In this document: positions 28,654 through 38,512 of the stretch, one piece after another
How positions within the stretch are numbered: position 1 is the first letter of the stretch
How the letters are laid out: each line of letters starts with the position of its first letter
Source: Acidobacteriaceae bacterium
GTDB taxonomy: Bacteria > Acidobacteriota > Terriglobia > Terriglobales > Acidobacteriaceae
DNA: 64,000 nt
Assembly (NCBI GenBank): GCA_965277145.1
Contig: OZ255717.1
Location: 435,626-499,625 of the forward strand
Reading direction: 5' to 3'
Position numbers and translations under genes: made by a program
The notes under the pieces: model-generated
The model's input: the letters and a program-made list of their open reading frames with translations, nothing else
What the model was told of the DNA's origin: nothing
Database searches by the model: none

Positions 28654-29595
28654 GGAAGGTCTGATTGCTGTCTCGGCTTCTTGCCTTAAGTTGCAGAAAA
28701 GGCGGTGCGGCGATGGGCGAGCAGCAGACGTTGGCGATGGCGGCGGGATTTGAGAAGCACGCGAAGCCGGCGGGCGGCGGGCGGAGTTTCTTGCGCAGAG
28801 GAACACGGTGGTTCCGCGGCGTGAGCTGGTGGCGGAGATCAAGCGGCTTTATCCCCGGAACGAAGGCCCGGGCCGGCTCCGGTTGGAGCGCATGCTGCGG
28901 ATGTACTTTGCAGCATTGGTTCAACGTGTCCGATCCGGGCGTGGAAGAGGCGGTGTACGAGAGCCTGCGCATGCGTCACTTCGTCAGCATCGACCTTGGC
29001 TCGGAGCCGGTGCCGGACGGGACCACGGTGTGCAAGTTCCGCCATTTGCTGGAGCGGCACGGCCCGGGCGCGAAGATCTTCTCACGGGTGAACGGCTACC
29101 TGGAGAGCCGCCGTGTGAGGTCGGCACGGTACGCGTCGACGCGACATTGATCAAAGCGCCTTTATCGACCAAGAACTAGGCGGGCTTGCGTAACCCGGAG
29201 ATGCACCAAGGTGCGCAAGGGCGACCAGTGGCATCTCGGCATGAAAGCGCAAATCGGCGTGGACGCCCAAGACCAAGCTCGTGCACACCGTCATTGCGAC
29301 CGCAGCCAACGTGGCCGATGTGATAGGGGCGGTGCTGGCTGAGCCGCGCGCCGCGAGCCGAAGACCGCATCTGCCTGGGCTGGCCCTCCAACCTGCACGT
29401 CTGGCCCGAGAAGCGCGAAGCCAATCGAGTGAAAGCCAACCCGCTCGCGGGTGGAGCATGTTCGGCGTGCTGAACTGCGCTTCGGCTTCGTGAAGATGCG
29501 TTACCGCGACGAACCTGCACCGGAATCGCAGCCCAAAGCTGGCCAAAAAACCTGATTCAACGAAATGCCAAAACAAAGGGTTAATAAGACCTTCC
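28654..29595 (+). mobile_element. IS5-family (IS5 subgroup) remnant with a frameshifted, internally deleted transposase
   Basis: TIRs GGAAGGTCTGATT / AATAAGACCTTCC; fragments MGEQQTLAMAAGFEKH, LERMLRMYF, QHWFNVSDPGVEEAVYES, VPDGTTVCKFRHLLE, VDATLIKAP, MKAQIGVD, RVEH..RFGFVKMRYR; internal TAG. Confidence 0.92.
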
Positions 29596-29634
29596 TTAAG
29601 CCGCGTTCTCCGATGGGTGTAGCTCCCGGTCCTT

Positions 29635-29722
29635 CGGGCTAAAAGGCCCGACACATAACTGCCTGGGGCAAAGCCCCCACGCAAAACACGGAACACGGGA
29701 AGAAGGCTGAAAGCCCGACACA
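29635..29722 (+). repeat. Short hairpin repeats (GGGCT-N-GCCCGACACA type)
   Basis: CGGGCTAAAAGGCCCGACACA, GGGGCAAAGCCCC and GGCTGAAAGCCCGACACA. Confidence 0.55.
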
Positions 29723-29752
29723 AAGGTCAGCTATACCGATCAGAAATCCGCT

Positions 29753-30436
29753 GGCTCTGTCGACATCCTGAGTTCATGAGGTGTGGCGGAGGTCTGTAAA
29801 CAGTAAGCTGGAGGCCTCTGGTGTCTTCGCAACCGCGATGGCGAGATCGGACCGCACGCTTCGCGCCCCAGGCTTTCGAGGTCGGCCGCGACGTTTTGCC
29901 TGCGCAGCGGAGGAAGTTCAGCAAGGGCAGTTTACCCAACCGCGGTTGCTGGCCGTGCTGTGCCTGATGCGCGATGGGGACTGCACCTTCCGAAAGCCGA
30001 GGTCCGTCCCGGCGAGCACGGGGAACTGCGCTCCGCCTCGATCTGGCTTCGGGTCCCGACCACACCACGCTGTACCGGCGTCTGCGCCGGCTGGACCCCT
30101 ACGACCTAACTCGGGTTCTCGAAGAGATCGTCCGGCGCACACCCGGGAGGTGACGAAGTCCGGCCACGGTAGCGGTGGGGCCACCGGTCTGGCTCGCGGG
30201 CGCCGTGAGCCAGACCGCATCCGCCGGGTGGAGCACTTCGGCCAGCCGCAAGCGCGCTCCAAGCTCTAGAGAGCGCTCTCTGCACGAAAGTGTCTTCTCG
30301 GCCATCAAGCGCAAGCTCTCCTGCCGCGCTCTCGGACGCTCTCTCCACACCCAAACCCGACAAACCGTCGTGCTTGGACTGCCTTCAACCTCTACCGCCT
30401 CCGGCCGCCCCCAAATGTAAAGATGTCAACAGAACC
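29753..30436 (+). mobile_element. Second IS5-family remnant (IS903/ISH1-like ends), decayed transposase
   Basis: TIRs GGCTCTGTCGACATC / GATGTCAACAGAACC; fragments QFTQPRLLAVLCLMR, PDHTTLYRRLRRLD, TVAV..ATGLA, ESVFSAIKRKLS; similar flanks AGAAATCCGCT / AGAACCCGCT suggest a decayed target duplication. Confidence 0.82.
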
Positions 30437-30470
30437 AGAACCCGCTCTAGGAAATCTGAGACACTCCTGT

Positions 30471-30686
30471 TCAACCTCTCCGGCCCCGCGAAAATCGCAA
30501 CGTGCTCTCAACCAAAAGAATCGCCAAGCCGAGAGCAAGAACGATGGCGCTCACACCGGACCGAACACCAACCCGGGGGAGAGCGACCCACACCAGCCCC
30601 ACCCAAACCACAATCGCAACCGCCAAGCTGCCATCATCGACAAACAGCCCCCAAACCTCACGCACAACCGTCCGCAACCATCCCAT
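30471..30686 (-). CDS. Small two-TM membrane protein
   Basis: MGWLRTVVREVWGLFVDDGSLAVAIVVW..., directly downstream of the COG4280-like gene. Confidence 0.65.
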   Translation of the reverse strand: MGWLRTVVREVWGLFVDDGSLAVAIVVWVGLVWVALPRVGVRSGVSAIVLALGLAILLVESTLRFSRGRRG

Positions 30687-30694
30687 ACGAGCTC

Positions 30695-31477
30695 CTATCC
30701 AATCACCGCGCCACGTCCATCCGGCAACAGACGCTCCCGGCAAACCGGAACCATCACCAAAGCGACTAACAAATACCCCAGAACCAAGCCCAGGATCGAC
30801 CAGTCTCCCCCAGGCCACAGAAGCCTCAAACCTTCGCCGACCCAGAACGTTCCAAAGGCCGACAGCAACACGCCGACCGTGAACTTCAAGGTGTTCTCCG
30901 GAACTCGCGCCAGTGGCCGATGAACCAGAACTCCCAGCCCAACCACAACAACGAGCGCCGCCACGGCTCCCAAACTCGCCGGAAAGAGCAGCCCAGCTCC
31001 TCCAGCACCGATGGCGATCACGATAAACACAACCTCCGTGCCCTCCAGCATCGTGATATTGAAAGCCGTGCCGAACGCCACCTTGTCGCCGACCAACCCG
31101 CCCTTCGAGCCTCGGCCGGAAGCCGCCTCTTCCATCACCGCCTGATTCTTCGCGAAAGCTGCCGCCTCGTCATGCAGCGGAATCAGACCCGCGGACCGTA
31201 GGATCGCCTTACGTAGCCACCGCAAGCCAAACAGAAGCAAAAGCAAACCAACGACGATCTGCAAAACATGGAGCGGAACGCGCGTCAACGCAGGCCCGAT
31301 CGCCGCCACGATCGCGGCCAGCACCACGATCGCCGCACCTGCTCCCGCCAACGCCGATCTCCATCCACGCACACTCCCGACCGCCAGCACCACCGTCAAC
31401 GCCTCGACGCACTCCACCAGCGACGCCAGAAACGACGCGACCACCGACGTCCCAAGATGTGCCCAGCCTAGCCCCAT
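30695..31477 (-). CDS. COG4280-like membrane protein (FTR1/OFeT-related ExxE motifs)
   Basis: Two repeats with acidic TM motifs VECVEALTVV and LEGTEVVFIV; VPENTLKFTVGVLLSAFGTFW. Confidence 0.75.
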   Translation of the reverse strand: MGLGWAHLGTSVVASFLASLVECVEALTVVLAVGSVRGWRSALAGAGAAIVVLAAIVAAIGPALTRVPLHVLQIVVGLLLLLFGLRWLRKAILRSAGLIPLHDEAAAFAKNQAVMEEAASGRGSKGGLVGDKVAFGTAFNITMLEGTEVVFIVIAIGAGGAGLLFPASLGAVAALVVVVGLGVLVHRPLARVPENTLKFTVGVLLSAFGTFWVGEGLRLLWPGGDWSILGLVLGYLLVALVMVPVCRERLLPDGRGAVIG

Positions 31478-31573
31478 GCCTCCCCAACCTCCGGCCCCAC
31501 CGTCTCCGAACCTCGAACACGGAAGCCGCCATTTCCCTTCGTCAGTACCTCGAACAACACACCACCGGCAGCC

Positions 31574-32707
31574 CTACTTCTCCTCGGCCGCCTGCTTCTC
31601 GGCCAATAAGTCCATCTGTCGCCGCCAGTCCAGATCGTCGACAAACCCACGGCTCGACCGCCACTCCTCCTGCACCTTCACGAACAGCTCCAAGAACACA
31701 CGCGTGCCGATTGCGCTCTCAATGTCCTTGCGCGCAGCCGTCCCAATCCGCTTCAACATCTCGCCACCCTTCCCGATCAAGATAGCCTTCTGCCCCTCGC
31801 GTTCCACAAAGATCGCCGCCGCAATCTTCGTCACCGGCAACTTTCCGTTGCGGCCCTTGTTCAACGACCGCGGTTCCTCCCATCGCTCAATCATCACCGC
31901 CGATGCGTACGGCACCTCCTCGCCCGTAAGCAGCAAGATCTTCTCGCGAATCAGCTCCGCAGCCAGAAACCGCTCCGGCTGGTCGGTCACCTGGTCCCGC
32001 GGAAAGCTGCGCCCGCCCTCCGAGAGCAGCGCGATCAGCTTGTCCAGCAACAACTCCAATCCCTCTCCCTTGCGCGCGGAGATCGGAACCACATCCGCAA
32101 ACCCATGCTGCCCGCTCCAATGCGCGATCAGCGGCAACAGCTCCGCCTTGCGCACCAGGTCGATCTTGTTGAGCACCAAAATAACCGGGCACTCCAGCTT
32201 CTTCACCAACGACAGCGCAAAGTCATCCTCACGCGCGCTCTTCGCCCGCTTGCCAGCCGCAAACCCACCAGGCGCCCTCACACCGACGTCCGCCTCAACC
32301 TCCTCAGTCTCATTATCGGCAGATCCGTCGAAAACTTCAGCGCCCGACCTAACTTTCTCCAAAACTTTCGTCACCGGCAGACGATGCGTCGCGTCCACCA
32401 GAAACAGCACGGCGTCCCGGCTCTCCAAAGCGTCGTGCACCTCCTGCATCATGCGCCGGTCCAGCTGCGTCTCCGGCTTATGCACCCCAGGCGTATCGAC
32501 CATCACCACCTGCGCCGCCGGCCGCCCCGCAACCCCCTTCGCCTTCTTCACCGCAGCGACCTCCAGCACGCCCAAGATGCGCGTCCGCGTCGTCTGCGGC
32601 TTGTGCGTCACAATCGCCAGCTTCTGCCCCAAAAGTGCATTCAGCAGCGTAGACTTGCCAGCATTCGGCCGGCCAATAATCGAAACTGTTCCCGTGCGCA
32701 GAGCCAT
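31574..32707 (-). CDS. era: GTPase Era
   Basis: GRPNAGKST, HKPQTTR, DTPG, NKID, ELIREK...EEVPY, ILIGKGGEMLKRIG KH domain. Confidence 0.97.
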   Translation of the reverse strand: MALRTGTVSIIGRPNAGKSTLLNALLGQKLAIVTHKPQTTRTRILGVLEVAAVKKAKGVAGRPAAQVVMVDTPGVHKPETQLDRRMMQEVHDALESRDAVLFLVDATHRLPVTKVLEKVRSGAEVFDGSADNETEEVEADVGVRAPGGFAAGKRAKSAREDDFALSLVKKLECPVILVLNKIDLVRKAELLPLIAHWSGQHGFADVVPISARKGEGLELLLDKLIALLSEGGRSFPRDQVTDQPERFLAAELIREKILLLTGEEVPYASAVMIERWEEPRSLNKGRNGKLPVTKIAAAIFVEREGQKAILIGKGGEMLKRIGTAARKDIESAIGTRVFLELFVKVQEEWRSSRGFVDDLDWRRQMDLLAEKQAAEEK

Positions 32708-32775
32708 CCTCCCATTATCGCGCGCACTCATCCATCTCGGGCCCAACCGCCGCCCGCTCAGCTACACTTCTCCCC

Positions 32776-33921
32776 ATGATCTCTGTCGCTCGTCTCGCGG
32801 CCGCAACCGCTGCCCTCCTGCTCCCCCTCGTCCTCCAGGCCCAGGCGCCCGCTCCTACTTCCCGCTTCACCGAGGTCAACCCCGACCGCACCATCACCTT
32901 CCGCTACACCGACCCGACCGCCACCAAAGCCGAACTCGCCCTCGAAGGCGCGGGCGCGAACATCCCCATGGAGAAGGGAACCGACGGCGCCTGGACCGCC
33001 ACCTCCAAGCCCCTCGCACCGGAGATCTACGCTTACCACTTCGACGTGGACGGCCATCCCCGCCTCGATCTTCACAACACCCGCCTCACCACCAATCTCC
33101 TCAATGTCTCGAACATGATCGAGGTTCCCGGCGAGACCCCCGAGCCCTGGCAGCTGCAAAACATCCCGCACGGCGAGGTGCATCATCAGATCTACACAAC
33201 CTCCGCCGTCCTCGGCCTGCCCGCCAATCAATCGGACTTCTACGTCTACACCCCGCCCGGCTACGATCCTCGCGGGAAGTCCACCTACCCCGTGCTCTAT
33301 CTCCTGCACGGCTTCTCCGACGCCGCCTCCGGTTGGACCGCCGTCGGCCAAGCCAACCTCATCCTCGACAGCCTCCTCGCCCAGGGCAAGATCAAGCCCA
33401 TGATCGTCGTCATGCCGCTCGGCTACGGTGATATGAGCTTCGTTCTCGGACGAGATCCCAACGTCTGGAACGATCCCACAGCCGTCAATCGCAACACCGA
33501 CAACTTCGCCCAGGCACTTCTGACCGAGGTCCTCCCGCGCGTCGAACGCGAGTACCGCGTCTCGGCCAAGCGCGACGACCGAGCCATCGCCGGCCTCTCG
33601 ATGGGCGGCCTCGAGTCACTTACCATCGGCCTCCAGAATCCAGATAAGTTCGCCTACGTCGGCGGCTTCTCATCCGCGGTGCGCGGCGAGGGACTTACAA
33701 CCAGGTTCGCGTCCCTCAATCCTAAGTCGACTAACTTGAAGCTACTCTGGATCAGCTGCGGGACCGAAGATAACCTGATCGAACCCAACCGAAAATTCAT
33801 CGCCTTTCTCAAAACAAAAAACATGCCTGTAACTCAGATCGAAACGCCCGGCATGCACACATGGATGGTCTGGCGTGATAACCTGACGAACTTCACACCT
33901 ATACTCTTTGCGAAAAAGTAA
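32776..33921 (+). CDS. Secreted esterase (alpha/beta hydrolase with Ig/CBM48-like N-domain)
   Basis: YVYTPPGYD, YPVLYLLHG, AIAGLSMGG nucleophile elbow, GMHTWMVWR. Confidence 0.9.
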   Translation: MISVARLAAATAALLLPLVLQAQAPAPTSRFTEVNPDRTITFRYTDPTATKAELALEGAGANIPMEKGTDGAWTATSKPLAPEIYAYHFDVDGHPRLDLHNTRLTTNLLNVSNMIEVPGETPEPWQLQNIPHGEVHHQIYTTSAVLGLPANQSDFYVYTPPGYDPRGKSTYPVLYLLHGFSDAASGWTAVGQANLILDSLLAQGKIKPMIVVMPLGYGDMSFVLGRDPNVWNDPTAVNRNTDNFAQALLTEVLPRVEREYRVSAKRDDRAIAGLSMGGLESLTIGLQNPDKFAYVGGFSSAVRGEGLTTRFASLNPKSTNLKLLWISCGTEDNLIEPNRKFIAFLKTKNMPVTQIETPGMHTWMVWRDNLTNFTPILFAKK

Positions 33922-33975
33922 CTCGTCCCAAAGTCACGAATCGCTCCAGATCCTCTCGAGGAAAGACCTGCTTGA

Positions 33976-35163
33976 ATGAAACTAAGTCGTAAGTCAAATC
34001 TGCTGGCCGGAACCGTAACTGTCGCGTCCCTGCTCTCGCCATCTCTCCTGTCTCAAGGCCCGGTTCCGTTCAACTCCTCCGAAGTCCACCCTGACCACAC
34101 CATCACCTTTCGCTACCAGGATCCCCGGGCCACCGCCGTCACTCTCAACGCCGACTTCGCCCCCAAGCCCATCGCCATGAGCAAAGGCGCCGACGGTCTC
34201 TGGGCCTACACCACCGCACCGCTCGCCCCCGAGATCTACTCCTACCGCTTCGACGTCGATGGACGACCGCAGTTCGACCCCAACAACCTCACCGGCATCA
34301 CGCCCAACCTGGTCTACCGCGGCGATCAAGTCGAGGTTCCCGCGGACACGCCCCAGCTCTGGGATGTCCAGGCTGTCCCGCACGGAACCCTGCACGCGCA
34401 CCGCTTCACATCGGCAATCGAAAAGGGTCTGCCGTCCGATCAGAGCCGCTACATCGTCTACACACCGCCAGGTTACGACGCACGCGCAAAAACAAAGTAC
34501 CCCGTTCTGTACCTTCTCCACGGCTGGTCGAACACCGAAGAAACCTGGACGAAAACGCTGCAGGCCGACAATATCCTCGACAATCTCCTGGCCCAACGAC
34601 AGATCGTTCCCATGGTCGTCGTCATGCCGCTCGGCTACGGCGAGATGAGCTTTGTCAACGGAACAATGAGCGACATCTGGAACCGGAAGCCGCTGGTCGA
34701 TCGCAACACCGACCTCTTCTCTCAGGCCTTGCTCACCGAAATCCTCCCCCGCGTCGAGACCGAATACAACGTCTCGCGCAACCGCGACGACCGCGCCATC
34801 ACCGGCCTGTCCATGGGCGGTCTGGAGTCGCTCGTTATCGGCCTGCGCCACACCGACCAGTTCGCATACATCGGCGGCTTTAGCGCGGCCATTCACCTCC
34901 TCCAACCCGCCGAGCAACTCCCAGTCCTCACTCCCGCAACCGCGGCCAAACAAGCCGACCTACGTCTGCTCTGGATCGCCTGCGGAACCGACGACGGCCT
35001 CATCGACCCAAACCGCAAGCTGGTCGCCTATCTCAGAACCGAAGGCCTCAATGTAACTGCCGTAGAAACACCGGGAGCCCACGTGTCATACGTCTGGCGA
35101 GACAACCTTATCCATTTCGCTCCGCTCCTGTTCCGATCCAACGAAGAGCACAGACCGAGCTAG
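33976..35163 (+). CDS. Secreted esterase, tandem paralog
   Basis: VYTPPGYD, YPVLYLLHG, AITGLSMGG, GAHVSYVWR. Confidence 0.9.
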   Translation: MKLSRKSNLLAGTVTVASLLSPSLLSQGPVPFNSSEVHPDHTITFRYQDPRATAVTLNADFAPKPIAMSKGADGLWAYTTAPLAPEIYSYRFDVDGRPQFDPNNLTGITPNLVYRGDQVEVPADTPQLWDVQAVPHGTLHAHRFTSAIEKGLPSDQSRYIVYTPPGYDARAKTKYPVLYLLHGWSNTEETWTKTLQADNILDNLLAQRQIVPMVVVMPLGYGEMSFVNGTMSDIWNRKPLVDRNTDLFSQALLTEILPRVETEYNVSRNRDDRAITGLSMGGLESLVIGLRHTDQFAYIGGFSAAIHLLQPAEQLPVLTPATAAKQADLRLLWIACGTDDGLIDPNRKLVAYLRTEGLNVTAVETPGAHVSYVWRDNLIHFAPLLFRSNEEHRPS

Positions 35164-35275
35164 AGCAACTTAGATATTGGCGTAGAGGCATTTGCCCTTT
35201 CGTTGTCATTCCCAGAGGAAATCTGCTGTTGTTCTTGGGGTTGTTTGTTCTTCACAACATCACCTAATCCGCTCT
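35161..35275 (+). repeat. REP-like cassette with type-I cap and TAGAGC...GCTCTA ends
   Basis: TAGAGCAACTTAGATATTGGCGTAGAGGC cap; hairpin at 35205; ends CTAATCCGCTCTA. Confidence 0.75.
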
Positions 35276-35403
35276 AAGAAAAGAGATATAGCCGGAAATA
35301 AGTCTCACATACGAAGCTATAGCTCGATGACCAGCTGCTATAAGTAACTCGTGTAACTCGGAATCGCCGCGTCCCTAACTCCCGCGCAGGTTCTACCCCA
35401 GAC

Positions 35404-36543
35404 CTACAGCACAGCCCCCGCCTGGTACCCGCGACCTACACCCCGGTCTTCAACAATCCAATCCACCACCTCAGTCGCCGCCAGGGCAGCTACTGGAAGC
35501 GTCCACTCCAGCCACACCCGCGTCTCCGTCCAAACCCCGAACCACATCGTGATCGGGAAACACAAAAACATCGCATACAGCAACGTGCGCTCTCCCGCCG
35601 CGAGTCTTCGCCGCGCCAGCCACACAAACACAAGCATGTACCCGCCCGCGCTCAGCAGCTGCGGCCAGTGATGCGGAAACACCAGTTCGTGCAGATTCTG
35701 CCCCATGCGCGGATATGTCTCGTCCACATTGCCGCGAAACCGCCGCGCAATCAGGCCCCGCACGACGATCCAATAGATCCCCATGCCGCCGACCAGAGCC
35801 GCCGGCCCCACCTTCAGCAGCGATCCCCAGCCCAACCGGCCCGAGATCTCCTTCACCTCCCGCCAACTCTTGCCCCCCATCAGCGCCAGCGCACCAACAA
35901 TCCCCACCAGAAATAAGGACGTCTCCCGCATCGGAACATCCATCGCAAAGCACAGAAGCATCGCCGCCCACCAGCCCTCCAGCGCGAAGATCACGCCCAT
36001 GCCAAACAGCGCCGCATGCGGCAGATCATAGGCATACCAGTAGTTCGTCGTCGCCCGCATCGTCAGCGTTGCCGCCGCAATCACCAGCACCAACGCATCC
36101 ATCAGCCACCACGGCTGCAAGCCGCGCCGCCGGCTCCACCACGCCCCCGTCAGCATCATCGCCCCAAGACTCACCAGCCCCACAAGCATGCTCGTAAACT
36201 TCTCCGTCGTAATCGGGTCCAGGTGCTGCGTCCCGATCGTCACCGTGATCGCATACCGCGCCGTCGCCGCCCGCATCCCCGCGCTGTCACCCGCCCAGCG
36301 AAGGATCGGCATCATCCCCACACGGCCCTGGTACGGCAGAGGAGCGTGCCCCAACGCATACTTTCGCCAATCAAGAAACGTTTCGTTCACCAGGAAATCC
36401 GCGCGCACACACTGAATCGTCGCCAGCATCAAAATAAAGCTGATCAGCCAGTCCCGCCGACGGAAGCGCGCCGGCGTCGCCCGCTCCCCAACCACCGCCC
36501 TCCCCCCCCGAAGCTCTCCCGCCAAACCCATACACCTCACCAT
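35404..36543 (-). CDS. Polytopic membrane protein of unknown function (possibly GT-C-like)
   Basis: Multiple TM helices; PYQGRV, YAYDLP and RET motifs; start uncertain (36543 chosen). Confidence 0.6.
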   Translation of the reverse strand: MVRCMGLAGELRGGRAVVGERATPARFRRRDWLISFILMLATIQCVRADFLVNETFLDWRKYALGHAPLPYQGRVGMMPILRWAGDSAGMRAATARYAITVTIGTQHLDPITTEKFTSMLVGLVSLGAMMLTGAWWSRRRGLQPWWLMDALVLVIAAATLTMRATTNYWYAYDLPHAALFGMGVIFALEGWWAAMLLCFAMDVPMRETSLFLVGIVGALALMGGKSWREVKEISGRLGWGSLLKVGPAALVGGMGIYWIVVRGLIARRFRGNVDETYPRMGQNLHELVFPHHWPQLLSAGGYMLVFVWLARRRLAAGERTLLYAMFLCFPITMWFGVWTETRVWLEWTLPVAALAATEVVDWIVEDRGVGRGYQAGAVL

Positions 36544-36595
36544 ACATCCGCCCGCCCAAGCCCCCAACATTCGCGGATAATGTTGAGAGCAGAGC

Positions 36596-37891
36596 ATGGA
36601 CTCCTTCTTCACACGCTTCAAAAACGCCCTCGTTCTGGTCGCTCTCCTGCTCGCCCAGACAGTCGGCCTCGCCATTCAGGTCCGCCGACCCGTCGAAACC
36701 GGCGCGCCCGACGGTGCCAAACTCACCCTCGCACGCTTCTGGGTCGTCGGCGCCGTCACCCCCGTCGAGCACGTCCTGTTCGCCGGAACCCACGCCATCC
36801 GCTCCACCTGGTCGAACTACCTCGACCTCCGCCACGTCCGACAGCACAACCGCGATCTCCAGTACCAGATCGATCAACTCCGGCTCCAGCAGGCCGCCAT
36901 CGCCGAAGACGCCGTCCAGGGCCATCGCCTCCAGAGCATGCTCGCCTTCCAGCAAAAATACGTCTCCGCCACCGTCGCCGCGCAGGTCATCGGCACCAGC
37001 GGCACCGACATCTCCCGCGTCCTCTACATCGATAAAGGCACCGACGAGGGCCTCAAGCCCGACCAGGCCGTCATTACCCCCGACGGCATCGTCGGCAAGC
37101 TGCGCGACGTCTTCCCCCACACCAGCCAGGTCCTCCTCATCAACGACCAAACCTCCGGCGCCGGCGTCATCCTCGCCAACACACGCATCCGCGCCATCCT
37201 TCGCGGCACCACCGGAGGTCGCCTCGAGATCAACAACCTCACCGAAGACAACCGCATCCAGCCCGGCGAACCCGTCCTCACCTCCGGCGGCGATCAGATC
37301 TTCCCCCGCGGACTCTCCGTCGGCACCATCGAATCCGTCCGCCCCGACCCCGAAAACCAGCCCTACACCGCCATCCGCGTCCGTCCCACCGCCAACCTCT
37401 TCCAGCTCGAAGAGGTCCTCGTCATCACCGGCACCGATCCCAAACTCCCCGCCGGAACGCTCGACGTCCTCGCCCAAGGCGCCCGTGCCGGCGCCGTCGC
37501 CCGCGCCGCCGCGGAAAAGGCCGCCGCCGCCCGCGCGGCCAGCACCGCCCAGGATGCCCAGGACGCCCGCTCCGCCGCCGAAATCGTCGCCGAACGCCTA
37601 CCCAGCCTCCACGATCCAAACGCCCCCGACCCAAAGGGGAACGCCCCCAACACACCCGCAAAACCCGTCGACCCGAAGACAGCCGGCGGCGTCGTCCCCC
37701 ATCCCGCCCCCGTCCTCCGCCCAGATCGCTACAGCCCCGGAAGCACGCCACCCGCATCCGCGCTCACCCCCGGCGTCACAGGCGCAACCCTCGCTCCACC
37801 CCCATCCGCCCCGCCCCCGCACCGCACCGTAAAACCATCGAAATCGCCCCAGCCCAGCCCGCCCCCCGAAACAGACCAACCCCAACCCTGA
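36596..37891 (+). CDS. mreC: Rod shape-determining protein MreC with Pro/Ala-rich tail
   Basis: TM, coiled coil, AQVIG...IDKG..EG, VITPDGIVG, VLTSGGDQIFPRGL.VG. Confidence 0.95.
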   Translation: MDSFFTRFKNALVLVALLLAQTVGLAIQVRRPVETGAPDGAKLTLARFWVVGAVTPVEHVLFAGTHAIRSTWSNYLDLRHVRQHNRDLQYQIDQLRLQQAAIAEDAVQGHRLQSMLAFQQKYVSATVAAQVIGTSGTDISRVLYIDKGTDEGLKPDQAVITPDGIVGKLRDVFPHTSQVLLINDQTSGAGVILANTRIRAILRGTTGGRLEINNLTEDNRIQPGEPVLTSGGDQIFPRGLSVGTIESVRPDPENQPYTAIRVRPTANLFQLEEVLVITGTDPKLPAGTLDVLAQGARAGAVARAAAEKAAAARAASTAQDAQDARSAAEIVAERLPSLHDPNAPDPKGNAPNTPAKPVDPKTAGGVVPHPAPVLRPDRYSPGSTPPASALTPGVTGATLAPPPSAPPPHRTVKPSKSPQPSPPPETDQPQP

Positions 37892-37969
37892 CCGCACCCT
37901 CATCTCAGCATCCCTAACCCGACCAACCCAACCCAAACGCACCCACCCACAAACCAAACGCACCCACCC

Positions 37970-38494
37970 ATGGCCACCCACAGCTACACCTCGCGCCGCG
38001 AACTCGAAGAGCACAGCTTCCACCCAGCCGTCGCGCTCCTCGTCCCCCTCGCCGCCATCCTCCTCCAGTCGCTCCTCCCCAAGCCCTTCCCCCGCCTCTA
38101 TCTCCTCGATCTCCCCCTGATCGTCACCATCTTCTTCGCCGTCTCCCGCCGCTCCCCCGTCGCCGGCGCGCTCACCGGAGCCGCCATCGGCCTCCTCCAG
38201 GACTTCCTCACCGGACAGCCCATCGGCATCAACGGCATGAGCAAAACCATCATCGGCTACATCGCCGCCTCCATCGGCGTACGCGTCGACGTCGAAGCCC
38301 TCACCACACGCCTCCTCATGAACTTCCTCTTCTCCCTCCTCAACTCCCTCCTCCTCTACATCATCCTCCGCCGCCTCGTCGGCCTCACCGACTACCACCT
38401 CCTCTGGCCCCGCGAACTCCTCCGCGCCGCCGTCAACACCGTCGTCGCCCTCCCCATCTTCGTCCTCCTCGACCACACCAAACGCCCCGAGTAG
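37970..38494 (+). CDS. mreD: Rod shape-determining protein MreD
   Basis: Five TM helices, GLLQDFL..PIG motif, directly after mreC. Confidence 0.92.
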   Translation: MATHSYTSRRELEEHSFHPAVALLVPLAAILLQSLLPKPFPRLYLLDLPLIVTIFFAVSRRSPVAGALTGAAIGLLQDFLTGQPIGINGMSKTIIGYIAASIGVRVDVEALTTRLLMNFLFSLLNSLLLYIILRRLVGLTDYHLLWPRELLRAAVNTVVALPIFVLLDHTKRPE

Positions 38495-38512
38495 ACCCGA
38501 GATCGCACCCTG

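Noticed and set aside
31476-33431. 651-aa plus-strand ORF
   Set aside because: Antisense to era and out of frame with the esterase; Ser/Arg/Pro-rich shadow typical of high-GC DNA.
37892-37969. CCAAACGCACCCACCCA direct repeat between mreC and mreD
   Set aside because: Low-complexity C/A-rich duplication with no other copies or structure.
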